A stretch of 63,242 bases of DNA, the filler included, from Choristocarpus tenellus KU-1152 (lineage: Eukaryota; Protista; Phaeophyceae), in NCBI GenBank assembly GCA_964200185.2. It is 11 parts of 11 records of this genome, joined end to end, with 100 filler letters (N's around TTAATTAATTAA, not from the genome) between each part and the next. Parts side by side here need not be neighbours in the genome. Positions count along the whole stretch, not along the records: positions 49,411 to 52,967 come from CAXNAD020019284.1; positions 53,068 to 55,972 come from CAXNAD020023759.1; positions 56,073 to 60,072 come from CAXNAD020016732.1; positions 60,173 to 63,242 come from CAXNAD020022531.1; 7 more parts are not named here. The stretch is one strand, 5' to 3'. The notes below the pieces were generated by a model. That model was not told the DNA's origin. It saw only the letters and a program-made list of their open reading frames with translations, and made no database searches. Positions within the stretch are counted from its first letter, which is position 1. Every line of letters begins with the position of its first letter. The position numbers and the translations under genes were made by a program. Positions 52,615 through 63,242 of the stretch are shown here, piece by piece.

Positions 52615-53117
52615 GGGTTAGTTAGTTCTCAACCCATTTTTTCTTCTTTGCTTTATACTCTCTTGTAACTGAATTTCCTTTTTGTCTCTTCCGTGGCACC
52701 TACCTATTATACTAAGTCTAGGTCGACGAGTGTGTTATCGCCCTCTTCAGGCCGCCGTTCGGCTACAGGTCAGAAACCTCCTCAGACTGATGCGCACACA
52801 CGTTGGGGGAATCGTGTAACCAATTGTTAACAAAAAAAAATATTGTAGTGGGTCCCGATACTACTACTACTACTACCACTACTACTTTTACGGCGCTGTG
52901 AAGTACAACCTCTTCTTTTTTTTTTTATTGTCCCCTACTAGGGTTACAGATACGCACGATGTAATCCNNNNNNNNNNNNNNNNNNNNNNNNNNNNNNNNN
53001 NNNNNNNNNNNTTAATTAATTAANNNNNNNNNNNNNNNNNNNNNNNNNNNNNNNNNNNNNNNNNNNNCCCCTGTCCCTTCCCCCTGTCCCTTGCCTCCCC
53101 CCCCCCCCCCCCAAAGA

Positions 53118-53733
53118 ATTCCAGATCTGTTCAGGGAGTGTGTTGTGCAATTAAAGGGTGGGAAGCCTCAACATTGGTTTGATACTATTGCATTCCGCCC
53201 TCTCCCCAAGTCATCTCCCTCCTCGACCTCTCCAAAAAGGGAGGGAGCGGTGGGAGGAGGTGAGGGCACTGAAGGCAATAGGGTAGGGTTAGGACAGGAG
53301 GATACAGGAATGATGGGCAGTGAGGATCGCAATGGAGTTGGTGTGATCCCTGCAGGTGTAGCCGCCTGCGAAGGTGTGTTCTGGAGGAACCGGGGAGGTG
53401 ACAAGGGACATTGGACGCTTGCGTTAGAGGATGCTGCCTGGGATGGGAAGGAGGCAGAGGCAGGGGCGATCATTGGGGCAGCTAGAATGCCGGTCGAGGA
53501 TTGGCTTGAGGAGGGGGCTGGGCGGCAGGGGTTAGATGCAGATGGTGTATCAAGTAGTAATTGTGATGAGCAGAGAGTGAGAAAGGGGGGAAGGATTGGA
53601 AGCAGGAGGAGGGTGTGGACTCTGACTTTGAATTGGGACAGGTGGGAGGAGGAAGTGCTCCAGCTTGTCTCGACGGGACCCAAGCAGAGAGGTGGGGGCA
53701 GCGGCGACACTGATAGTGCTCTGTACTTCGAGG
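53118..53733 (+). CDS. Large internal exon of a hypothetical protein with Gly/Glu-rich insertions
   Basis: ~200-codon open frame 'IPDLFRECVVQLKGGKPQHWFDTIAFRP...ACEGVFWRN...HWTLALEDAAW...ARMPVEDW...VWTLTLNWDRWEEEV...ALYFE' ending at donor G|GTGAGT. Family not recognised. Confidence 0.6.
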
Positions 53734-56700
53734 GTGAGTTTTTGCTTTCGATGATAGGGGGGGGAGAGTTAGGGGCTGACTTGTCTGTTTCTTTTGAGGG
53801 GGAGAGTTTTTTTTTTCCAAACCAAGTTTTTTTTTGTGTGTTTTGAGTGATTGATTGGTTGTTGCCTATTGTACTTATGTCCTGATCCCCCTGCACCCCG
53901 CACCCCTCGACCTTTCTGTTTGTATCCCATCTTTTTTTTTGTGTGCCGACGCCTTCCACTGATGGGTCGATACGTCTGTTGTTTTTCCTGTTCACCCAAT
54001 ATAAACAACGATGGCCGACAAGGGGTGGAGAGAGCCGGTGAAGGGTGGGTTAGCCAGGCGTTGTCTAAAAATCCGTTGCTCAACCTTTCGCTTGATGGTG
54101 CTTCGCGTGTAGTGAGTATCTGAAAGAAAAGCTTTCTCGGGGAGGGGGGTGGGGGGGGGGGGAGACTAGGAAAGGTGGTTAGGAGTTGGCTGCTGTTTGT
54201 TGTTGGAAAATTGTTGGAAGGCGTGTGATGTGTTTTATTAAACCCCTTCCGAAGGCGATGAAACGTACTGGAGAGTTGTGCTGGTGTGATCGGTCATACA
54301 TGGTGTGATCTTTTTGTTGCATGTGTGAGTATGGTCGGTATTATTGTCATGTGGCTGTTGCTCGCTTGTACCGATGGTGGTGAGGATGCTGTGGTGGTGA
54401 CTGTTGTGTTCTGTGGTGGTGGGATGAGGCTGTTGTTGGGTTCTTCTGTGTGAATGATTAGAGGTGACTGTTGGTTGTTCGTTAAGTGATGTTGTTTCCG
54501 TTAAGTGATGTAGTCGTGGCCGCATATGCTGGATTTGATGTTTTGGATTGGAGGTGTTTGCTTTATTGTACACTGCTAATGTCACTATAAGTAGTAGTAG
54601 TAGTAGTAGTAGTATTTTTAAAGGGATTTTATTCTTTTTAAAATGTTCTTGTGATAACTCTCTTGTGATAACTCTCTTTGTTTGTGATTCTCATCTGGTG
54701 TAAGCGATCATGTGGTGATTCCATTGCTACTATGGCGTGAGAGAATACCTCCTTCCGACTGTGATTGAGGTCGCTTTGTTGTCTCTTTGTGTACTCCCTT
54801 TGTATATAGCCATTAACCTCATCGAGGTACAGCAGCAGCAACAGCAAGCGGTTGATACTGCCTTTTTACAATCATACTTCAACTGTTGTTCAGTGCATGG
54901 AGAGTCATATCACCAAGATTCATAGTTACCGTTTGCACAAAAAAAACAGAATAAAAAATCGAATGGAATATCCCAATAATTCGCAATCAACCACGTCTTG
55001 GCAATGTTCGCAATCCTGGAATGATCTCTAGTTCAACTCTACAAACTTTCCCTTTTTGTTTATTGGTAGCTTTGAGGTATGAAAGACCAAAAGGTTACCA
55101 CCCCTTCCCTTTTTATTTTTATTATTATTATTCTTGTTGAATCCCCCTAAAAAAAAATAAAGTGATGAAAGTGATGAAAGTGATGCAGACGGCACTGCTT
55201 GAGAAGGGTTTCCCTCTCAGGTCCCAGTCTTTTTTTTTTGTTGTCTCAACCACCGCTATATCAGTGCACCTCCTCTTCCTCCCATTTTTTTTGTCTCAGT
55301 AGTCGTTGGTTTGATTCATTGATTTGATTCTGGACTGACAAGAGTAACGTGTGCTGGATTCACGTCAGCGCACAGAACCTCTTGGCACCCACACTACTGT
55401 TCTGTGTAGTGGATGTACATGCCATGGGGTTCTGTGAAGATGTTGAAGCGATGAGTCTCGCCTGTTCAAGGCTGTGCCACTCCTGTTCTGTCCTTTCCAC
55501 CGAGCAGGCTTTTGTATATACGTATGTATATATATATACATATATATATATTTCCTGTCTGTATCTCACACCTTCACAGACCAACACAAAAGAACGAGAA
55601 ATGTGTATTGTTCTGAGCATCCCGGGCTAGCGTTTTTTATTTGTTAATACTTTTTTAGCGTTTTATTATTTGATATTATTATTATATTACTATTATTTGA
55701 ACAGACCCAACCAACCGCACTGTCTCGTCGCGGTCCTCTGCCTTCCTCGTCCGCCTCCCTCTCTTTTAGAAATGCCGTGAACACCTCCCGCCGACTGCTT
55801 CTTTTTTTTTTAGTAATGCAACTTGTCTGTGTGATGAATGCTTGTTGTTGCTAGTCTGATGGGCACAAGGAGCCGGAAGACACTCTACCTACGGCAGTTG
55901 AAATCATCTCTGAGGCTGGGTGGGGATCAGAATCCACACACAACGGTGTGGTGGGGGGAACAGAGGAGGTGGNNNNNNNNNNNNNNNNNNNNNNNNNNNN
56001 NNNNNNNNNNNNNNNNTTAATTAATTAANNNNNNNNNNNNNNNNNNNNNNNNNNNNNNNNNNNNNNNNNNNNGTCGTTGGATTGAGTTGTACATCCTGGA
56101 AGGTGAGCATTGAGGGGCGCCTGTAACACTTATTTCCATTCACCAGCTACCTCTGATGACCAACCAGTGCGACTCCTTCGCCACTGATTGCCAGTCACCA
56201 CCCCAACCTTCAACCCCACCCAACCCAACACCACTTACCACTCCCCCTACAGCACTTTCCACCACCTTCAGATTCCCCACACCATTTAACATCACTCAAC
56301 CCCCCAACACTTTCCACCACTTTCCACTCCCCCACACCACTCAACACCACTCCACAATGATCCAAGAACACCCCTTCATCCTCCACTACATATCATGCCT
56401 TTGAACTAGAAGGCATCTACCCCGCCCGAACTTGACCCCCCCAACCCTACCCAATATCCGAGTCGGTCATGAGCAAGCGAAAGGGTGAGAGGATGGGAGA
56501 GATTGCTCAGAGGTTGTATTGTTCTAGCCCTGCTTGTCCCCCAGCCTCAGGCTTTCCTACCTCGTGTTTCCACCTACCACACATTTATTTAACTTCTCTC
56601 CCACCTCTTCTGCGTCCTAGTCACTCGATACGTAACTCTTCGTCTACCCTTTGATGTTTTATTTTTCCTTAATCACCCTACCTTCCCTGTACATCAGTCC

Positions 56701-57052
56701 TACCAGAATTCTCCCGCCCGCAGAACTCAGATTACTTCATAAACGTTCCCATCATGGGGATTCCGAAACCAGACATACTGTTGGAAGTAATAATGTGATA
56801 TTTAATGTGATATTATTTGGTGCACATAGTCGTGGATGATGCCGGCCCATCGTGAGAGGCATTACACACTGCACTACTTCTCATCATACTATATGCAGAA
56901 AACATGTTTTATTATTATGCCCTCTGACATTTTCCAAATGTGTCAGAAAAAAAACAAATTAAAACTATACATATGTCAGTATAAGCCCTAAGGAAATAAA
57001 ATATCATAAATGTGAAAACACTGTAAAATACTGTGTGAAAACCACTAATAAT

Positions 57053-57522
57053 GCATGTGTGTCTGTTGTTACACCATTATTACCATATGCCATATACCGT
57101 TGCTCCTGTGCACGACGTCTTCGCCTCGATCTTGAGTTCGGCATCTTTCGTCTGTGGTCAAGCAGAAATTCCCCGTCACCCTATTTCTGAGGTCACCATT
57201 GTCGCCAATGTGAATCGTGTGATTCTGTGGCAGTGTGGTTCACTCAGGCAAGGGTGGTGAAGAGAATCACCNNNNNNNNNNAAGATGGGGCTTCATCATC
57301 AGTCAAGATGTGAGAACAAAGTGGATCTTCCATGTATGACAACTCTGAATGACGAGCTGTCCCAAGTCTATGGGATTGGTCACATGAAGAGATTCCATGG
57401 TTTCATTCTGACGGAAAGTCTGTCAATGAAATCATGGACACTTGACTGGGAACCTCAATTGGTACAACGGTGTAACGGTATATGGCATACGGCAATAACG
57501 GTATTACAACAGACAAACATGC
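57053..57522. mobile_element. ~470-bp non-autonomous TIR element with ~49-bp imperfect TIRs
   Basis: gcatgtgtgtctgttgttacaccattattaccatatgccatataccgtt matches the reverse complement of aacggtatatggcatacggcaataacggtattacaacagacaaacatgc. The internal sequence recurs at 38353-38652. Confidence 0.75.
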
Positions 57523-57719
57523 TTTCCACATAGTGTGAGGTTTGTAATCGTCCACACTAATCTACTATGAATCACTTATTCACTGGTCTTAAGTATAGAA
57601 AGTGTATCTTGAACGTGATATAAAAATCAATCAACACCATGAGTCAGTACATGTAATATATCTGTTACTGGCTCTCCATCCTATTATCTAATCCACCGGA
57701 AGCGTCTATGTGTATCAGC

Positions 57720-58570
57720 AGAACTATCTACGAACACATGAAACCCCGTTTTTCCTTCTGTTCGGAATACAAGCTCGTGTACCTGTTGGCATTATCCTTG
57801 GTTCGTCTAATGCTGATTCAGATGTCACTACTGAAGAATTTACTCAGCGAACTAAGGTAATTTACCGCTTGCTTTTGAGTTGGCACGTCGTCGTAATCCC
57901 CATGAACACGTTAAAAATCAGGAGCGTGTCAACCAACGTCTCGTGTTCCCCGTTTTCGTACCTGGTGATCAAGTTCTAGTCCTTAGGCCACATTAGAGTA
58001 CTGATGGTCCCAATCCGAAGTTACTTCACCCTTGGAGGAGTCCGTATGAAGTACACGAAGGGGTACGTATGACGTACATTCCAAGGTATCACCCATCGTA
58101 TACAGGGTAGAATTACCTGGAAACCCATGTTCATTGTCCGATTATCTGGGTAGAATGAGTCAAAGTATCTTAGAGGGTAGAGCCGCGTCCATTTGGGGGT
58201 CAAAATCCAATGTTGCAATTTTGATGTAATTTTTGCTATCGTGTTTTGTAGGAGATGTCGAGGTCCTTGTTCCGGACACTCCTTTTCATAACGTACACAT
58301 TTAACCTACTCCGAAACATTTTGGAGTAGGTAAGGTGTCATTATAAGACAGTGGGAAGTCAACCCCCAAATGGACAAAAGGGCAAAACCCATACCCTCTA
58401 AGATACTAAAATTGGAATGAAACGTTACTATCGAGTCCAACCTCCCACACCCGATTTGAATGAACTGGAATATTTGTTTCTGGGCAAACCATTACCATTA
58501 CTGGATGTAGACCATCAAATCTCTCAACCTGGTATTGGCCAATATACTATTGATAAAGTGGTACCAATAG
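57720..58570 (+). mobile_element. Ty3/Gypsy LTR retrotransposon relic (integrase C-terminus with GPY/F motif, possible chromodomain start), interrupted by MITE A
   Basis: 'HETPFFLLFGIQARVP', 'FVPGDQVLVLRP...PKLLHPWRSPYEV', 'VHC..MKRYY', 'GQYTIDKVV'; frameshifts and stops present. Confidence 0.8.
58157..58407 (+). mobile_element. MITE family A copy inserted in the Gypsy relic (right end clipped)
   Basis: gagtcaaagtatcttagagggtagag ... taccctctaagatact. Confidence 0.88.
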
Positions 58571-59203
58571 CTTCGCGGTCTGTGGCAATCTTGCTTTTTT
58601 CCTCTGTCGGGCAGGAGAGGTATGCAACAATATAAATATAAAATGAACGCTTATGTCAAGAGGGGTTGAAGATTTGTATACAGGGATGTATTAACTCCAG
58701 TAAAAGGGAACTATATCCCGATCAAAGAACGCCAAAAACGGGGGGGAATAACTCCGACGCAATTTTGATGGTCACCACCTCAAAAAGGTACTAAAATGAA
58801 GTGGTTGGCTGAATTCCCCGAAAAAAACTGGTCCAGGATAAGCCCTGCAACAGTACGGTGCGTTTGGTCCTACAGAAAAAAAATGTACGGTTCTCGGACA
58901 TCTTTTAATGCCTTTTATAGACTTTCTGTGAACACACACACAGGTGACCCACACAGCAATATGGACAACGACGGTGAGAAAAGGAGAGCCGCCGAGGCCA
59001 CTCTGCCCCCTGGGTCTACCCTCGGCACCTTCTCTGTCGAGAGGTGACAGAAAAACAAGTACCGTGTTAGACTCAGTGCGATGTTAGATGACGAGAAAGT
59101 GCGTGTAATGTGGCGCAGCAGGATGGTGAAATGAAATGGACCACGCGGCCGCGACATTGACACTGAGAGAAGATGCATTGAAAGCATTACCACACAAACG
59201 TGG

Positions 59204-59690
59204 TTGGATCTTCAACCCATACGGAGCACTGCTCCGCAGCCTCTGCCACCTCGGGAAAGCATGAAGAGAGCGGCGAGTGCATCACTAGGTGGTACAGTGA
59301 CAAAGTCTGTGAGGAAGCCTGGTCACGGCAGGCAAAGGGAGAACCAGGGTGGCCGGACAAAGGAAAGGTTGGGGAGGAGAGCAGTGCGACTGCGTGCCAT
59401 TGCGCTCAGGAAACGCCTAAGTGAAAACCAGGGTGTAGAATATCTTAGTAGTTGACGAAAAAGATCATAAAAGGTCGCTCAAGATGGCAGCAGGATACGC
59501 GATGGTCACACCAAAAACTGTGAGTAGATGGGAGAGAGACTTCCTAACTAAGGGCTACATCAAGGTGCTGGAGCAAGGGCGCTACGAGAGGCGTTTCGTT
59601 CTGGGCATCAACGAGGACAACCTTGCCGAGGTCAAAGAGTGGTTGTGCAAACACACAGGAAGAAAGGGTGGTAAGAGGAATTTTCCCCAC
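59204..59690 (+). mobile_element. Decayed N-terminal part of a probable IS630/Tc1/mariner-like transposase
   Basis: 'TPKTVSRWERDFLTKGYIKVLEQGRYERRFVLGINEDNLAEVKEWL' resembles the HTH region 'T(V/I)..W...F...G.......G......L..ED....(V)..WL' of such transposases. Truncated before any catalytic core. Confidence 0.45.
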
Positions 59691-59695
59691 GTAAA

Positions 59696-59738
59696 GCCTA
59701 TACTTTAATCCCTATACTTTAATCCCTATACTTTAATC
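59696..59738. repeat. 3 x 14-bp tandem repeat cctatactttaatc at the truncation point of the transposase relic
   Basis: Direct observation. Confidence 0.85.
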
Positions 59739-60801
59739 AAGTAATAGTGAGTCTGTTGCCACCCTTGGCGATCTACAATCCAGGGTTCGAACCCCAATAC
59801 GAGCGCTCTTTCTTCAAAAAATGAAAAATGTCGAAAAAAAACGAAGCCCGTACTCTGGAGGACATTGTGACAGGCATCATGAGTATGCTTTTATTTTTTC
59901 AATCCGATGTCTATATCAAAGGTAATGACGGGACAACCCCAGAGACATAAGCTATTGGTATCACTATAGCATTATTGTTCATAGACCTGGTCCTGGTCGT
60001 CGTTCGTCCACTAATGTTATCTATCGCCTTCGTCTTTGTAGCTATGGAACGTCTTGAACATCTCCACAAAAGNNNNNNNNNNNNNNNNNNNNNNNNNNNN
60101 NNNNNNNNNNNNNNNNTTAATTAATTAANNNNNNNNNNNNNNNNNNNNNNNNNNNNNNNNNNNNNNNNNNNNCCCCCCAAGATACTTTGACCCACAATCT
60201 GGGTTAAAACACGTCTCATATCCTTTTTCACATGCAACATGAAACCGCTCATCCTTGCACACCTAGGTGCTTTCCAAGCACAAGATCAAAAGTTTGAGAA
60301 CTCTCAAGCCCTTCATTGATTGTCCACATCTCACAGCAAAAAGGCCATAAGGACATGGCATAAGCACAGGAAAAAAAACGACCTCAAATTTTTACAGCAA
60401 TATACCAAGAAAACAAAAAATAAAAAAACCTTTCTAGACGGTTCTTCCTGCATAGCATAAAACCGATGACCCATCCAGACACACATTGCCAATGTAGGAC
60501 AGATAGCAACATTATTTTTGTTTGAACACTACACACTAAAGCACAATTGGATCCAGACACACTTACATACATATACAACAACCATTGCCATGCTGTAAAA
60601 TGCACTCTCCAAGTGTTAACACCCTGAATGTCAAGTAATGTGAATGCACCAACAAAAATACATAATCTTAGATGTTCCAGGAAGCAAAGGTACGGCATGT
60701 AGAGCCTTCACTCATCAACAACCACTTCACGTATATACTAAACAAAAAAGACATAAGATTACAGGAAAGGCAGTACACAAAAAATATCTTCATTCACAAA
60801 C

Positions 60802-63175
60802 CTATCATTCTTGCAGGACATGCCCATTCCAGAAACATTCTCCAAGCCCTCCATCTTCCCCTCCTCCAGCCTTCCTACCAGACTCGCCCTCTGCTCCTTC
60901 TCCCTCCTCCATCCCAAAAGTGCCACAACAAGATCCAAGCCACTATTTACGAGCCCATCCTGATCCTCCAGAATATTACCCAGCACTAAAAGAGCCGCCT
61001 CTTGAGTCTGAGAAGGTTGTTCCCATGGGTGGAGAACCGCAGCAAGTCCACAAATTGCCCTCTGCCTAATTTCCCACCCTTCCCCTACTTCAGCTGTACT
61101 ACCCTTCTCCTCCTCCCCTGAAGTACTAGTGGGGCTAACAGGGTCGGTAAGGGACGTAGCAGGACAGAGGACGGAGGGAGTGCTTGTGGAGAGTACCTCT
61201 AGACAACGAAATAGGTGGTCTAGGCCGCTTTCTCCCCCTCCCATCTGCAGAGGATAGTCGCCAACAATACCATTTCGAGGGCAGAGGGAGAAGTTACGCA
61301 TCATTAGGTCTGCTATTGGTTTGCACAGAAAGGCAGAGGGTTGCACAATGTACTCTTAAGGTGAACAATCCACCTACCGAGGAAAGGACGCAGAACCCTC
61401 ATCTCCTTCAGAGAAAAAAGTAAGAACTCCAACCCTAAACCAAACACCACTGCATCCCTCATGCTCACGACAACTTCTCCACATGTATATTACAGAAGAG
61501 TTCCCACCACTAGCCACAACTCCTTGCCTGGAATGTTGGCATTGCAAGCACTCTAACATCTCTGTTACTCTCAAACCATTCCTCTTTATCACTTTGACAG
61601 AATAAAATACATTTCCCTCCTACCCTCCCATGTACCACGAGCAATAACCATGACTAACTCACTGATACACCAAATGTCAAATAACAAGACCTTCAGGACT
61701 GAATATCCTACAATGGTGGTCATCTACCAATGTCCTGCCGGTCTTGCTTTGGAATTGCATAACAGCAGGGAGTACAGGATTTGTGAAGAGTGGAAGGGAA
61801 GGAGAAGGGGATGATAGTCTCTTTATCACCAGCGACCAGAATGACTATGTAAGGAACTGTTGACCATGTCTTTTGCACATGTATACCTTAGGACATCTTC
61901 AAAATTTTAATATTCCTAAGGCTAAAGCTGCTTAAATGACAAGTATATTAACACTCTCGACGCGCTAGCTGAAGAAGACAATCTAACTGAGTTGTATCGT
62001 GGGGCATTAGATATTTAAATATTACTCTCTATTATTAACTCCAATAATATTCTATAATTAGAAATACCATTAATATCAGTGGCTATAACAATAAATACAA
62101 AAACGTAAATATTTATGGTTAGGACATCTTCTATGGTGGTATATGACAAATTTGAGGGTCTACGTTTTGTGAACCACAAGAAATGGCCTCACCCTGTTGG
62201 CAACAAACTGACTCCACCATACCGTTCAGTCAACCCTGAATTTAATCGAATTTACTTGCTCACCACTTACTGGCTCACTGAAAAAATGGCCATATTTACT
62301 TCAGTGGATGGGGAGCCAGGGTCTAGGATGCCATTGCTCACTGAAAAATGGCCCCATGTTCTTCACTGGAGAGGAACCGGGGTCTAGGATGGCATTCACT
62401 AGATCATCACCACCATGGTACCTGGGAGAGATGTGCAATGTCCAACTTCTGTTTAGGGGTTGGCTGCCCTCTGTACAACAATGAGGGACTGAAATCTATG
62501 ACTGAAGAGAATTTTTAAAAAAAACACCTGAACATGGGACAGTTCGTTGCACTGCTCCTCCAGTAGACTGGTAACCACTCCGTCAAAGCCTAACTCATTC
62601 ACAAGGACATGGACAGTCCCTCCCCCTTGCCCAAGCATAAGCATGTATGCCAGAGAACATGCCTGCTTTTGAAAAGCAGGTACAGGTTAGGGTTAGGATG
62701 AAAACCGTGGTCACACTTCATTTGGTAGACTGTCAAAAATTGAGCAAACGATTAGACAGTCAAGGGTTAGGGCTAAAAAACCCACAAATCCTTTCCTGTG
62801 TACTGGATGGTATGAATCATACCCAGCTAGCTGTAGGAAGAGAATCTACTATCCTCTGAATCTCACAACAATACACACCTACATTGTTTCAGCACATCAC
62901 ACTCAAAACTAGGCAGAGCCCAAGACCATCGGCAATGGATTGAGGATGTAAGCCCAGGCAAATAGGTCACCAAAACTGATTTCAAAAGCTTGAATCCCTT
63001 CCGCCCTGTCCCTCCTCCCATCTTCGCAGAAATAGTCAGAGATACCCTCTCCATTACCCTGGCCAGTAGTGTTGCCTCAAGGGAGTTTGCCAAGATAAAG
63101 GTGATCATCTCGAGGATTTTTCTTGAACCCAAAAAACTGTGGAGACCTTCCTCTCCCAGCCCACCTTCCTCCCGC
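60802..63175 (-). CDS. Internal exons of a large alpha-helical (ARM/HEAT-like) hypothetical protein; e.g. 62662-62528, 61244-60802
   Basis: GT-AG-bounded open exons: 'ACSLAYMLML...VLVNELGFDGVVTSLLEEQ' and 'LDHLFRCLEVL...IRQRAICGLAAVL...TQEAALLVLGNILEDQDGLVNSGLDLVVALL'. Confidence 0.6.
62272..62400. repeat. ~60-bp tandem duplication (intronic)
   Basis: gctcactgaaaaatggcc....cttca.tgga...g.a.cc.gggtctaggatg.catt occurs twice. Confidence 0.8.
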
Positions 63176-63242
63176 TCCCCCCCCCCCCCCCCCCCCCCCC
63201 CCCCTCATATACTTCCCCCCCCGCGCCCACCGAACACCCCAC

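Noticed and set aside
53168-53995. 275-aa Ser/Pro-rich minus-strand ORF
   Set aside because: It is the antisense shadow of the G-rich plus-strand exon, which carries the splice signals.
59740-59810. tRNA gene suggested by GGGTTCGAACCC
   Set aside because: No acceptor stem, D-arm or anticodon arm can be folded. At most it is a tRNA-derived SINE fragment.
12548-60172. TTAATTAATTAA motif recurring 10 times between N runs, superficially like a regular repeat array or att site
   Set aside because: It is an artificial six-frame-stop linker used to concatenate contigs, not biological sequence.
1-63242. Treating the LRR, HRD1, ParB-like and methyltransferase genes as a functional cluster (e.g. a ParB + methylase system)
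   Set aside because: They lie on different contigs joined arbitrarily, and the methyltransferase has small-molecule rather than DNA-MTase motifs.

Overview
Eukaryotic, intron-rich, repeat-rich nuclear DNA, most likely from a stramenopile. The LRR style, long introns with CT(A/G)AC branch points and scattered TTAGGG tracts suggest a brown alga, but that is inference. The window is not contiguous: 11 contigs are joined by artificial 100-bp spacers (N44-TTAATTAATTAA-N44), so adjacency across spacers means nothing. Genes reconstructed by hand from splice sites: a ~776-aa, ~23-repeat LRR protein; MOG1/RANGRF; the 3' half of an SR splicing factor; the 5' membrane half of the ERAD ligase HRD1; a 12-exon, ~582-aa two-domain SAM methyltransferase (GSMT-like plus SDMT-like; candidate betaine/DMSP-type osmolyte synthase); and several unassignable exon sets. 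Mobile DNA includes an abundant ~255-bp MITE that twice inserts into itself, a related poly-C-containing terminus that breaks the assembly, other MITEs, Gypsy, LINE and probable Tc1-like and MULE-like relics, and a ~45-bp stem-loop + (TAA)n retroposed unit. The most unusual features are a spliced, decayed ParB/Sulfiredoxin-like gene directly downstream of a palindrome array (including a 96-bp near-perfect palindrome), the tandem methyltransferase, and several GC-AG introns. No rRNA, true tRNA or CRISPR array was seen.
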